The notes under the pieces were generated by a model. That model was not told where the DNA came from. It ran no database searches and saw only the letters and a list, made by a program, of their open reading frames with translations. 36,930 nt of DNA from Acidobacteriota bacterium. Lineage in GTDB: Bacteria; Acidobacteriota; Terriglobia; Bryobacterales; Bryobacteraceae. How positions within the stretch are numbered: the stretch's first letter is position 1; each line of letters starts with the position of its first letter. Position numbers and translations under genes: made by a program. The DNA lies in NCBI GenBank assembly GCA_028876805.1, contig JAGWQP010000314.1, positions 1 to 36,930 of the forward strand, read 5' to 3'. Below, piece by piece: positions 18,916 to 28,982 of this stretch.

Positions 18916-19911
18916 ATGGGAAGGATTTTTCCGTCGGTAGCGGGGCCGATCGCGTTCGCGTTGCTCTTGCAGCCTGCCACCGCCCAGACCCGCTTCACCT
19001 ACTCGAAAGGGCAGAGCGTGTCGCCGGCCTATGAGGGATGGATGCCGAACCCGGATGGCTCCTTTACCCTGTACTTCGGCTACATGAACACGAACTGGCT
19101 GGAGGAGTTCGACATCCCCACCGGCCCGGAGAACAACATCGAACCGGGGGGGCCTGATCAGGGACAGCCGACGCACTTTTATCCGCGCCGGAACCCGTTT
19201 CTGTTCACGATTCGTGTGCCGAAGGACTTCAGCGGCACAGAGCTGATCTGGAGTCTGGCCACGCACGGCAAAACCGAGAAGGCCTACGCGTCGCTCAAGA
19301 CCGACTACCAGATCGATAACCAGGTGATTTCGACCGAGATTGGCGGCGATTTCGGCAGCCTCCGCGACGAGCTTCGGTACAACCTCCCGCCGGAACTTGA
19401 GATCCAGGGAGAGGCGCGAAGAAGCGTCAAGGTGGGAGAAGCATTAACGCTGGTGGCCTTGGCCGGCGATCCCGACAACCTGCCTGCCCGGCGCGATGGC
19501 AAACCTCAGCCGCGTCACCCCGGGAAGCCGGGGAACGAGGGGGCCGACAAGCCGGCATCTCCACGTGCAGCTTCCGCAAGCGCGGCGGCGAATGTCCCCA
19601 ACCTCGTTTACCGGCCTCCTTCGTCGATTGTCCCTTCCAGCGGACCCGGTTTGCGGTTGTCGTGGATCGTCTATAGGGGGAAGGCCGCGACGGTCACGTT
19701 CAGCCCCGAACAGATGAAAACCTGGACCGACACACGCGCGTGGGCCAATTCGCCCTGGTCGCCCCCGTTCACGATTCCCGAGCCGCCTGGCGACGGCAGA
19801 TGGGTGACCGAGGTTCGGTTCCAGGAGCCAGGCACCTATGTGCTGCGTGCTGTCGCCAGCGACGGATCGTTGTTTACCTATCAGAATGTGACCGTTACGG
19901 TCACGCGCTAG
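18916..19911 (+). CDS. Secreted hypothetical protein, partner of the preceding gene
   Basis: Start overlaps or abuts the upstream stop (GTG 18910 or ATG 18916). Signal peptide ...IFPSVAGPIAFALLLQPATAQ. Internal Pro/Lys/Ala-rich linker and a beta-rich C-terminal domain. No family recognised. Confidence 0.65.
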   Translation: MGRIFPSVAGPIAFALLLQPATAQTRFTYSKGQSVSPAYEGWMPNPDGSFTLYFGYMNTNWLEEFDIPTGPENNIEPGGPDQGQPTHFYPRRNPFLFTIRVPKDFSGTELIWSLATHGKTEKAYASLKTDYQIDNQVISTEIGGDFGSLRDELRYNLPPELEIQGEARRSVKVGEALTLVALAGDPDNLPARRDGKPQPRHPGKPGNEGADKPASPRAASASAAANVPNLVYRPPSSIVPSSGPGLRLSWIVYRGKAATVTFSPEQMKTWTDTRAWANSPWSPPFTIPEPPGDGRWVTEVRFQEPGTYVLRAVASDGSLFTYQNVTVTVTR

Positions 19912-20479
19912 ACGCCTCCTCACCCGTGAATGTGCGTCAGCCGGTTGGAGTGCCAGATGTGGCAGAATCCGGAGACCTACCGCACCGACAATGAGACACT
20001 CCGTGACTCGGCGGCATACGTCGAACGGAGAGGTGAGTGCGTTTGACCCGGGGGGTGCCTAGCTTGCCAACGAGCGACGGCCGATCGTATCAAGAGTGAG
20101 CCAAAGCCGCATTATCGAGAGCCAATGGCAGGCTTAGGCGGAACCCTTGAAAAAGGAGCCGAACGGCCTCTTCAACGTCACTGGACCTTTCATGCCCCAT
20201 TCGGCCGGCGGCCCCTGCCTGCCCTGGCAGAAATTGCCCCGGCGCTGGCGATCGAGTACGCCGCCTGAGGTTTGCTGAAACCGGTTCCTCTCCGGGCGCT
20301 ACTTCACTCACTCCACCAGCGCATACGAACTGGAGAGAGGCTTCGGCCGCGGGTCGGTTTTGGGGCGGTCGCCTCCCCGTTGCGGTCCAGCGCGGTGCTG
20401 GCCCCGCCGATGGTTTTATGCTGTATGGATCGGAGCCGTCCCGAGATCATGCGTGCGGATTACATCGTGCGGGCGCGCT

Positions 20480-22324
20480 TCACAGGCGGCAGATCAAGAG
20501 TTCACGCTCGTAGATCATTTCCGGTGGCAGGTGATTATGCAAGTTGATGAAAAGCTCTTCGTGCCCTATCACCTCGCCGCACCAAGTGTTTCGATCGATG
20601 GCCTGCAGTTCCAAGTACTTCTCTTCCGGGAAGTCGAGACCCTTCCACTCGATGTCCTCATATCGGGGCATCCAGCCGATCGGAGTCTCTTTGCCCAGGG
20701 CTCGGCCGCGGGCGCGGTCAACAATCCATTTCAGGACCCGCATGTTTTCCGAGAAGCCCGGCCACAAGAACCTGCCTTGAGAATCCCTACGAAACCAGTT
20801 GACATGGAAAATCCGCGGCGTCTCGGTGAGCGAGCGCTGCATCTGGATCCAATGCCGAAAATAGTCCCCCATGTGGTAACCGCAGAAGGGCAGCATAGCC
20901 ATGGGGTCGCGGCGAATCTTACCAATCGTGCCTACTGCGGCCGCCGTCATTTCCGAGCCCATTGTTGCGCCCATGTAGACACCGGCGCTCCAGTTGAATG
21001 CCTGATAGACCAGCGGCATGGTGGTTGCGCGGCGACCTCCGAAGATGATCGCGCTGATGGGAACTCCGTGTGGGTCTTCCCAGCCTGGATCGACCGACGG
21101 ACATTGTGAGATGGGAGCGGTAAAGCGTGCATTGGGGTGTGCAGCCGTTGCACCAGTCTCCTTGGCGATTTGAGGCGTCCACCTCTTACCTTGCCAGTCA
21201 AGACACTCGGCCGGAGGCTCCTCAGTCATGCCTTCCCACCAGACGCCACGCTCCGCAGTGAGGGCGACATTGGTGAAGATTGTGTTCCTTGAAAGCGTCG
21301 CCATCGCGTTCGGGTTGGTCTTGATGGATGTGCCTGGCGCGACGCCGAAAAAACCAGCCTCCGGATTAATGGCGCGCAGGCGTCCATTCTGGTCCGGCTT
21401 GATCCACGCGATGTCATCGCCGACGGTCCAAATTCTCCAGCGGGCGAATGCTTCGGGCGGTATCAACATAGAGAAATTCGTTTTGCCACAGGCACTGGGA
21501 AAGGCACCGGCGACATAGGTCTTCTCCCCGGACGGGTCCTCGATCCCCAGAATAAGCATGTGCTCGGCCATCCAGCCTTCATCGCGCGCGATATTGGACG
21601 CGATGCGTAGCGCGAAACATTTCTTTCCGAGAAGTGCGTTACCGCCATAGCCTGAACCATAGGACCAGATCTCGCGGGTCTCCGGGAAGTGAACGATGTA
21701 CTTTTCTCGGTTGCACGGCCAGGGTACGTCCTTCTGGCCGGGTGCAAGCGGGGCGCCAAGGCTGTGCATGCACGGGACGACACGCTTTTCGCCTTTGTCG
21801 ATTTCCTGATAGACGGGCAGCCCGATGCGAGCCATAATGCGCATACTCACCACAACATAGGGCGAATCGGTGAGTTGCACACCGATTTGTGACATCGACG
21901 ATCCGATCGGACCCATGCTGAATGGCAGCACGTACATAGTGCGGCCGCGCATCGCACCGCTGAAGATGGCCTTCAGCTTTTTGCGCATTTCGAAAGGATT
22001 CTCCCAATTGTTCGTGGGGCCGGCATTATCTTTCGACAGCGAGCAGATGAACGTACGGTCCTCGACCCGGGCCACGTCGCTTGCATCCGAGCGGGCGTAG
22101 TAGCACCCCGGCCAAAGCTCCTCGTTCAGTTTGATGAAAGTGCCGTTCTTCACCATTTGCGCGCACAGTTCGTCATGTTCCTCCTGGGAGCCATCCACCC
22201 AATGTATAGCCGCCGGACTCGTAAGCTCGGCCATTTTCTCGACCCACTTCAGAAGATGCTTGTTTTCGCTCAAAGGGAGGGCCGCCTTGTGGACCCCCGT
22301 CGCTACACTCGAATCCGTTTTCAT
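20480..22324 (-). CDS. pckG: Phosphoenolpyruvate carboxykinase (GTP)
   Basis: [20 protein letters not shown]-loop [24 protein letters not shown] and [29 protein letters not shown]. The start is set at ATG 22324 (MKTDSS...), giving 614 aa. The ORF-track start at 22435 adds 37 non-conserved-looking codons. Confidence 0.95.
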   Translation of the reverse strand: MKTDSSVATGVHKAALPLSENKHLLKWVEKMAELTSPAAIHWVDGSQEEHDELCAQMVKNGTFIKLNEELWPGCYYARSDASDVARVEDRTFICSLSKDNAGPTNNWENPFEMRKKLKAIFSGAMRGRTMYVLPFSMGPIGSSMSQIGVQLTDSPYVVVSMRIMARIGLPVYQEIDKGEKRVVPCMHSLGAPLAPGQKDVPWPCNREKYIVHFPETREIWSYGSGYGGNALLGKKCFALRIASNIARDEGWMAEHMLILGIEDPSGEKTYVAGAFPSACGKTNFSMLIPPEAFARWRIWTVGDDIAWIKPDQNGRLRAINPEAGFFGVAPGTSIKTNPNAMATLSRNTIFTNVALTAERGVWWEGMTEEPPAECLDWQGKRWTPQIAKETGATAAHPNARFTAPISQCPSVDPGWEDPHGVPISAIIFGGRRATTMPLVYQAFNWSAGVYMGATMGSEMTAAAVGTIGKIRRDPMAMLPFCGYHMGDYFRHWIQMQRSLTETPRIFHVNWFRRDSQGRFLWPGFSENMRVLKWIVDRARGRALGKETPIGWMPRYEDIEWKGLDFPEEKYLELQAIDRNTWCGEVIGHEELFINLHNHLPPEMIYERELLICRL

Positions 22325-23321
22325 AGAAGATCCCGTCCGTCCATGGAGTCGAACAAACGATTGTAGTATGGGTTCCACGGGGAAGGATAGTCTGGTGGGC
22401 ACCAGGCGGAGCCCCCGTCCAGAAGCGGCCACCACGAATCAGCCCGCATCGAGCGACGAATTGATCGAATGATCCATCACAATAGCTAAGTGCCCGGTCT
22501 CGCCCGCAGCAATATCAGAACAGTGGCACTCGGGTCATGGCAGTCACAGGTACGGGTGTTAAGAGAGCGAGCCGTAGCGGCCGAATCAACAATCTAAAGG
22601 CCGGCGTCGATTTCCAGTCCGCATCTACTTAACTATTCACTGGGAAGCCCGATCGACCTGTTCACGCCAATCTTTTCCGCGAGCCGGATGTCCGCCTAGA
22701 TCGCGCACATTTGGGAGCAGTAGCACAACAAACGCCTGATCCAGCCGGGCGCCCACTACACGGGAGCGCCGGTAGTGCAGGCTTAGGCGGACGTGGCAAG
22801 CCGTTCGCGGATTTACGACTCTGTGAGGACAAAGAAGAGCAGCATCGCAAAGATAGGGCGGATGAAACGAAAATGCCTACGAATTCAGTCGCGGAAATGC
22901 CCATTCGAACCCGGCGTGACTGCGTTGCCGAGGGGAACGGATCGGCCAAAAGCCTCACAGGCCCGGATCCAGCGCTTTTGATTGGATGTCGCCGGGATGC
23001 CGACTGCACCTGGGCACGAATGAACTCTTTAGAGAAGGACTTCGGAAGTGCACGAGTTTCGCGACCTTGTGCTTGAAGCAAACAGTTCTCCGTTGCCAGG
23101 CCCACTGGCAAAAACCGAACGATTGGCACGCGGTTTACTCCGAACGGAGGCGCTCAGCCATCGCGATCAGCCCGGGAGGCGTGATCGAGATCGAGCGGTG
23201 TCAGCCCACCGCGGCGCGGAGGTCGGCGTGTTTCTCCGCGGAGGGTAAAAGGGAAGGCGAAGCGGGCAGAGAGCCGGTGGCTTGAAACGTCCAGTGAGGT
23301 AGGAGTAATCTTTAAGATTCT

Positions 23322-25067
23322 ATGCTAGACATCTCGTCGCACGATGTCCTTATAGTCGGCGGTGGCGGCGCTGGATTGCGAGCCGCCATCGCCGTTGCTG
23401 AAACGAATCCCAACCTTAACATCGCGGTTCTTTCCAAGGTTTATCCCATGCGGAGCCACACTGTCTCCGCGGAGGGAGGCGCTGCAGGAGTCATCGGCCC
23501 AGACGACACCCTGGACGAGCATGCGTACGACACCATTTCCGGGGGCGACTGGCTGCCCGATCAGGATGCGGTGGAGTTCTTCGTCAAAGAGGCGCCCGAG
23601 GAACTGCTGCGGATGGAGCATTGGGGCTGTCCGTGGAATCGTGAGCCGAACGGCCGTGTCGCGGTGCGTCCCTTCGGCGGGATGAAAAAGGAACGCACGT
23701 GGTTTGCCGCCGACAAGACCGGTTTCCACATGCTTCACACTCTTTTTCAGACGTCGCTCAAGTACAACGCCGTAACCCGATACGACGAGTTCTACGCGAC
23801 CAAGCTTCTAGCGGATGATGGCCAGGTGCAGGGTGTCGTTGCAATCGAGCTGGCGAGTGGAAAGATCCAGGCGATCAGTGCCAAGGCTGTGATCCTGACT
23901 ACCGGCGGCTGTGGGCGCGTCTTTCCGTTTACCACGAACGCGGCCATCAAAACGGGTGATGGCATGTCGTTGGCGTACCGGGCGGGCGCGCCCCTGAAGG
24001 ACATGGAATTCGTCCAGTATCATCCGACCGGCCTGCCGTTCACGGGAATCCTGATTACCGAGGCCGCCCGCGCCGAGGGCGGCTACATGCTGAACAAGGA
24101 CGGATACCGGTACCTGCAAGACTACAACCTGGGCAAGCCCCAGCCCCAGCCTGTGCTACGTAGCATGGAACTGGGGCCTCGCGATCGCCTGTCGCAGGCG
24201 TTCGTTAAAGAATTCGAAAAGGGCAGGACGCTCAAAGGACCTTACGGCGACGTGGTGCACCTCGATCTCCGCCATCTGGGCGAAAAGAAAATTACCACCA
24301 AGCTTCCCTTTGTTCGTGAGTTGTGCCTCAAATACGAAAACCTCGACCCCGTCAAGGAGCTGATCCCGGTGCGGCCGGTGGTCCACTACATGATGGGGGG
24401 CGTGCACACTGACACAAACGGCGCCACACCGCTAAAGGGCTTGTATGCCGCCGGCGAAGTGGCTTGCGTCAGCATTAATGGCGCCAACCGGCTGGGTTCG
24501 AACTCGCTAACGGAGTGCCTGGTGTTCGGAGCTCAGTGCGGGCGCGCTGCAGCCGACTTCGCATCGACTCAGAGAGCGCCCGGACGGCATCTGCTCGCAC
24601 AAGCGGTGGATGAGGAGACTAGGTTACAGGACCAGTTCCTGCGCAAGGCCGGAGGGCGCGAGCGAATCTCTGAAATACGGGAAGAGATGCAGAGGACGAT
24701 GGAACAGAGTGCGGGTATATACCGCTCCCGCGACTCGCTCGAGCAGGCGGCCGGTAAACTGAGCGAACTGCAGGAACGGTTTCGCGACATCGGTCTCGAT
24801 GATCGAGGCCACGCGTTCAACACCGAACTGGTTGCCGCACTGGAACTCGGGTCGATGGTGGATGTAGCTGAGTCGATCATTCAGTGCGCTCTGCATCGCA
24901 CGGAATCGCGGGGGGCGCACCAGCGCACCGACTTCCCAGCGCGGGACGATCAGAAGTTCCTGGCGCATTCGGTGGTCACGCGGACGGCAGAAGGGACCCC
25001 AGCTGTGAATTATTTGCCTGTAAAGATTACCCGGTGGCCGCCCGCCGAACGGGTATATGGAAAGTGA
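23322..25067 (+). CDS. frdA: Fumarate reductase flavoprotein subunit
   Basis: [16 protein letters not shown] dinucleotide fold. [16 protein letters not shown] (covalent-FAD His context, very close to E. coli FrdA). HYMMGGV and [12 protein letters not shown]. Confidence 0.93.
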   Translation: MLDISSHDVLIVGGGGAGLRAAIAVAETNPNLNIAVLSKVYPMRSHTVSAEGGAAGVIGPDDTLDEHAYDTISGGDWLPDQDAVEFFVKEAPEELLRMEHWGCPWNREPNGRVAVRPFGGMKKERTWFAADKTGFHMLHTLFQTSLKYNAVTRYDEFYATKLLADDGQVQGVVAIELASGKIQAISAKAVILTTGGCGRVFPFTTNAAIKTGDGMSLAYRAGAPLKDMEFVQYHPTGLPFTGILITEAARAEGGYMLNKDGYRYLQDYNLGKPQPQPVLRSMELGPRDRLSQAFVKEFEKGRTLKGPYGDVVHLDLRHLGEKKITTKLPFVRELCLKYENLDPVKELIPVRPVVHYMMGGVHTDTNGATPLKGLYAAGEVACVSINGANRLGSNSLTECLVFGAQCGRAAADFASTQRAPGRHLLAQAVDEETRLQDQFLRKAGGRERISEIREEMQRTMEQSAGIYRSRDSLEQAAGKLSELQERFRDIGLDDRGHAFNTELVAALELGSMVDVAESIIQCALHRTESRGAHQRTDFPARDDQKFLAHSVVTRTAEGTPAVNYLPVKITRWPPAERVYGK

Positions 25068-25073
25068 TGGTAA

Positions 25074-25820
25074 ATGGCTGAACAGATCGCTCTTGAAGTT
25101 ACGCGCTTCTCACCGGAACGGGATAAGGTTCCCTCAATCCAGGCGTTCGATGTCCCACTGCGGAAGGAGTGGGTGGTTCTGGACGCGCTGAACTACGTCA
25201 AAGACAGAGTAGATGGGTCCTTGTCGTTTCGCTGGTCATGCCGCATGGGAGTCTGCGGCAGTTGCGGAATGATGGTGAACGGCGAGCCGAAACTGACCTG
25301 CGCCACGTTTCTAACCGACTATGCGCCAGGTCCGGTCCGCGTCGAGCCGCTCAAGAATTTCCCGGTGATGCGGGACCTCATCGTGGAAATCACGGATTTC
25401 TTAGGGAAACTCTCGAAAGTGAAGCCGTGGATCATCCGGGCGAAAAAGAAGCCCCTCTCGGAGGGTGAATACCTCCAGACCCCCGATGAGTTGGACACGT
25501 ACAGGCAATTCAGCATGTGTATCAACTGCCTGCTTTGCTATGCGGCGTGCCCGGTTTATGGTCTCGATCCGCTTTTCGCAGGCCCCGCGGCGCTCGCACT
25601 GGCGCAGCGGTATAACATGGATTCACGGGATGAAGGAAAAAGCGAGCGGCTCGACATTCTTTCGCAGCACGATGGAATCTGGGGTTGCACTTTTGTAGGA
25701 GAGTGCACCGAGGTATGTCCGAAGCATGTGGATCCAGCCGGTGCAATTCAGCAATATAAGCTGACAGCCACACAGGAATGGATCAGATCTCTATTAATGC
25801 CGTGGGGAGGAAAGAGTTGA
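25074..25820 (+). CDS. frdB: Fumarate reductase iron-sulfur subunit
   Basis: [20 protein letters not shown] (2Fe-2S), [12 protein letters not shown] and [23 protein letters not shown]. Near-collinear with E. coli FrdB. Confidence 0.93.
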   Translation: MAEQIALEVTRFSPERDKVPSIQAFDVPLRKEWVVLDALNYVKDRVDGSLSFRWSCRMGVCGSCGMMVNGEPKLTCATFLTDYAPGPVRVEPLKNFPVMRDLIVEITDFLGKLSKVKPWIIRAKKKPLSEGEYLQTPDELDTYRQFSMCINCLLCYAACPVYGLDPLFAGPAALALAQRYNMDSRDEGKSERLDILSQHDGIWGCTFVGECTEVCPKHVDPAGAIQQYKLTATQEWIRSLLMPWGGKS

Positions 25821-26224
25821 CAACCTATACCGAATATCCGCCCAAGGGGTATCGCGTTCGTATTTCCACCTACTGGTGGCTGGGCCGCTGGGCTTATCTG
25901 AAGTTCATCCTACGCGAATTGAGCAGCGTCTTAGTGGCCTGGTTCGTAATTGAGACACTTCTGCAGGTCAATGCACTGATTGCCGGTCCTGGGGCGTACC
26001 AGGATTTCCAAGGATTCCTCCGCAACCCAGTCGTGATCGCGTTGAACATAATCAGTTTTTTCTTCATCCTGTTCCACGCCATCACATGGTTTAACCTCGC
26101 GCCCAAGGCGATGGCAATCCGGCTGGGTGGAAAGCGGGTCCCCGCGATATTAATTGCACTGCCCAATTATGCAGCGTGGCTGCTTGCGTCAGTGATAGTG
26201 GGATGGTTGGTTCTGCGAGGATAA
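25817..26224 (+). CDS. frdC: Fumarate reductase membrane anchor subunit C
   Basis: TTG 25817 is preceded by GGGGAGG and overlaps the frdB stop, giving 135 aa. It aligns by eye with E. coli FrdC (YWW..., [31 protein letters not shown]). The ORF-track start at 25778 would overlap frdB by 43 nt. Confidence 0.8.
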   Translation: MTTYTEYPPKGYRVRISTYWWLGRWAYLKFILRELSSVLVAWFVIETLLQVNALIAGPGAYQDFQGFLRNPVVIALNIISFFFILFHAITWFNLAPKAMAIRLGGKRVPAILIALPNYAAWLLASVIVGWLVLRG

Positions 26225-26578
26225 ATGACGAAAAGATCGAATGAACCGCTTCTCTGGCTGCTATTCAGTGTGGGCGGAGTCGTGGCTGCTCTGTTAATCC
26301 CGGTGCATCTGTTCCTGTTCGGTATAGCGTTTCCATTGGGCTGGTTGAATGCGCCTAGCTACGATGCGCTCCTGGCGTTGGCCCGAGGCCCAGCCGGGCG
26401 CGTGTATCTGCTGGTTTTTTGCATCCTGCCGCTCTTCCACTGGGCCCATCGATTTCGGTACACACTTTACGACGGATTACAGATTAAACACTTGAACGAG
26501 CTGGTCAACACGTTCTGTTACGGGGGAGCGATCGTAGGGGCGATTGTCGCCACCTACCTCGTTGTGCGCATACCATAG
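26225..26578 (+). CDS. frdD: Fumarate reductase membrane anchor subunit D
   Basis: ATG immediately follows the frdC TAA. 117 aa; KRSNEPLLWLLFSVGGVVAALLIPVHLF resembles the E. coli FrdD N-terminus. Three hydrophobic helices. Confidence 0.8.
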   Translation: MTKRSNEPLLWLLFSVGGVVAALLIPVHLFLFGIAFPLGWLNAPSYDALLALARGPAGRVYLLVFCILPLFHWAHRFRYTLYDGLQIKHLNELVNTFCYGGAIVGAIVATYLVVRIP

Positions 26579-26905
26579 CAAGCTCAGGCTGGCAGAGTCC
26601 CCATCAACTGCGGCTTCGCGGGTGTACTAGCCGTAGTGCCCGAACGGGTGTTGGTTGGCGATTCCCCAGAGTCTGCCATATTCGCCGCAGCCTTACACCC
26701 TGCGCATCACTGGCCTAAAACACACGCGCTGAAACCCGCCTACACCGCCACCTCGCCTCAACATGCCCCGGCTGCTCAGCGGGACTCGAACACTAGGGCA
26801 AGATTCGTTCGAGATGCCTGGGGCTCATGGCTTCCAATTCAATCAAGTAGGCTTTGTTGAGGACGCGTGGCTTGCCTCGGAAGGACCGGTTAGCCTTTGA
26901 AAGCC

Positions 26906-27766
26906 ATGCGTATTAGACTCAATAACATGCGAAGACGACTGCCGTGGGCTCTTTTTGCGATTCTCGCGAATGGCGTGTATGCGCAATGGCTGAACTACCC
27001 CACACCGGGAATCCCTCGGACACGTGACGGCAAAGCGAACCTCACCGCCCCGGCGCCCCGTGCGCCCAACGGCATCCCGGATCTGTCTGGCGTATGGCAT
27101 GTACAGGCCACGCCCCTGGAAGAACAGAAGCGCCTGTTTGGCGCCGCCATTGAAACGACGGCTCTCCCCGGCATGGAGCCAGACACGATTTCGAAGTATG
27201 TCCTCAATATTCTCGCGGATTTCAAACCTGAGGATTCGCCGATGCGGCCCGAAGCGGCCGCCTTGCTCCGCCAACGCACGCAGCAGGACCGCCCTTCACT
27301 CAATTGTCTGCCTTGGGGTGTCCCGGCTTCGACTCTGTTCGCCCCAGTGCATAAGATCGTCCAGACTCCCGGATTGATTGTGATCATGCTCGAGGTCGAT
27401 AGTGGCGCCACTCGCCAAATCTACACCGACGGTCGCAAGCTGCCTGTGGATCCGGAACCGCTATGGTACGGCTACTCGGTGGGGAAATGGGAGGGAGACA
27501 CGCTGGTGGTCGAGACGGCGGGATTCAACGACAAATCCTGGCTGGACTCGATGGGCCACCCGCACAGCGAAGCCATGCGCGTCGTGGAGCGCTACCGGCG
27601 GCGCGATTTCGGGCATCTGGATGTGGAAATCACGATTGACGATCCCAAGATGTACATCAAGCCGTTCACGATCAAGGTCACACACCTGCTTCAGGCGGAT
27701 ATGGATATTTTGGAGTACTTCTGTGCTGAAAATGAGAAAGACCGGCTCCACACGGCGACCAAGTAA
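26906..27766 (+). CDS. Secreted conserved hypothetical protein
   Basis: Signal peptide MRIRLNNMRRRLPWALFAILANGVYAQ (alternative starts TTG 26897 and ATG 26927). Conserved-looking block GYSVGKWEGDTLVVETAGFNDKSWLDSMGHPHSEAMRVVERY. Function unknown. Confidence 0.7.
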   Translation: MRIRLNNMRRRLPWALFAILANGVYAQWLNYPTPGIPRTRDGKANLTAPAPRAPNGIPDLSGVWHVQATPLEEQKRLFGAAIETTALPGMEPDTISKYVLNILADFKPEDSPMRPEAAALLRQRTQQDRPSLNCLPWGVPASTLFAPVHKIVQTPGLIVIMLEVDSGATRQIYTDGRKLPVDPEPLWYGYSVGKWEGDTLVVETAGFNDKSWLDSMGHPHSEAMRVVERYRRRDFGHLDVEITIDDPKMYIKPFTIKVTHLLQADMDILEYFCAENEKDRLHTATK

Positions 27767-27871
27767 ACCCACAGTTCGGCTTATTAGGGTAAGGCCGTTA
27801 CTTGCTGGCCGGGCAAACAGGAAGTTATCAGCACCAGGAGCCCGCTCATGCGCCCGCGGGAGCGTGATAGG

Positions 27872-28310
27872 ATGGCGCGTATGATGCGCCTCTGCGCGTT
27901 TCTTCTGTTGATCGCAGCCTCGTTCGCGGCGGACCCATCGAGCTTCGCTCTCTGGACTCGGTCCACGATCGGAGAGCACGAAGCCACGCTGATGAAGAAC
28001 GTCTCTCCGGACCATTCCTCACTCGAAACGCCCGCCGATTACGGTGACCATCGCTTCCGCTTGCTTTATCGCGACGCCGACGGTCTCCCCGAAGAACACG
28101 ACAAAATCGTCGATGTTGTGATCGTGCACAGCGGCGAAGGCGTGCGACGACCGGCGAATATCTGGGGCCGCGCTCACTGGTGGCGAGTCGCAACCTCTCG
28201 CTGTAGGCGATATCGTCCGCATTCCGGCGGGCATCCGGCACCGCTTTCTTGTGCCGGCCGGCAAGCACATTACTTACGTTCTGCTGAAATTCCCCGCGAA
28301 ACGGCAGTGA
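27872..28310 (+). pseudogene. Frameshifted secreted cupin-like gene, paralogue of 33045..33566
   Basis: The signal peptide and N-terminal half (..EEHDKIVDVVIVHSGEGV) are in one frame. The conserved C-terminal half (LTGGESQPLAVGDIVRIPAGIRHRFLVPAGKHITYVLLKFPAKRQ, stop 28308-28310) is in another. The junction lies around 28140-28185. Confidence 0.65.
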
Positions 28311-28530
28311 TCTGGCTCGCCGAGTTCGATCTGCCCATCCGTGTCTGCTCGCGCGCGCAAATCCATCCCTAGTCTTCGGATTCGGATACGTCATGCATCG
28401 CAGCGACGTCGCGGCGATGGACCGAAGTTGGCATTAGATCCTCGGTAAGCCGCCGGCCGCGGCGTAATCAGCAAAAGATTCATGACCACCACTGGCTGTC
28501 GCTCGTGTGGCTCCGTCCTAACGGTTCCGG

Positions 28531-28975
28531 ATGGACTCTCGAGCCACATTGGACATTAGCTCTGGAGATCGAGGAAGATCAAGCGAAATTGCCAAGACAT
28601 CCAAAATCTTCGGAGCGACGATTGGTGCGCAGGGCGGTTTCTTGACACGCACTAGGTGTCTCTCTCTCCGCCGGACCCCCGGATGGCCAACCGGACGCAC
28701 TCCTGTACAACCGCATCTCAGGCTTCACCGTTAACCGGGCAAGTGACACCTTGATGAGGTAAGATCATCTGAAATTCATGACTTTGGCCGCCGATCTCGA
28801 TCCGCCGCAAGTGCTCCGGTGTCTCAACGAAAGAGCGCAAGCACGTTCTGCAAGCTATCGGCGAGGCTCGCTAATGGACGGCTACCAATGGATTCTTGGC
28901 GCTGCGGCGTACGCGGAGCGCATCCGAAGCAGACTCTGCGAGTCATCGCCAAAGGCGGCTTCCCGGAGCAATAGG
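28531..28975 (+). pseudogene. Probable heavily eroded sigma-54-dependent activator (NtrC-family) remnant
   Basis: Short motifs occur in family order but in different frames and with compressed spacing: KIFGATIGAQGG (ELFGHEKGAFTG-like), GQPDALLYNRISGFTV (GRFREDLYYRLNV-like), KERKHVLQAIGEA, then GAHPKQTLRVIAKGGFPEQ-stop (Fis-type HTH end). Weak, eye-based call. Confidence 0.3.
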
Positions 28976-28982
28976 AGACCAC

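Noticed and set aside
19930-20046. A 38-codon ORF (MCVSRLECQMWQNPETYRTDNETLRDSAAYVERRGECV) just downstream of the secreted partner gene
   Set aside because: No ribosome binding site and no recognisable family, and it is too short to evaluate by composition. Noted only as something to test with Ribo-seq.
20128-22791. Exact 15-nt direct repeat GCAGGCTTAGGCGGA on both sides of pckG (20128-20142 and 22777-22791), which could suggest att-like flanks
   Set aside because: The match does not extend beyond 15 nt. One such match is about what chance predicts for all word pairs in a 37-kb GC-biased window. No integrase or other mobility gene is present.
22662-23129. A 155-aa minus-strand ORF and the overlapping 121-aa plus-strand ORF in the pckG-frdA intergenic region
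   Set aside because: The two are mutually antisense. They are Ser/Arg/Cys-rich with no ribosome binding site, no family motif and no third-position GC bias, so they are treated as non-coding (see finding).
26770-26793. The minus-strand sequence GTGTTCGAGTCCCGCTGAGCAGCC resembles a tRNA T-loop plus 3' acceptor end, so it could be a tRNA gene or an att remnant
   Set aside because: I could not fold a T-stem: the 5' arm TAGTG does not pair with CCCGC. No complementary 5' acceptor arm or anticodon arm lies upstream, so it is not a tRNA gene. A remnant cannot be supported without a reference tRNA.
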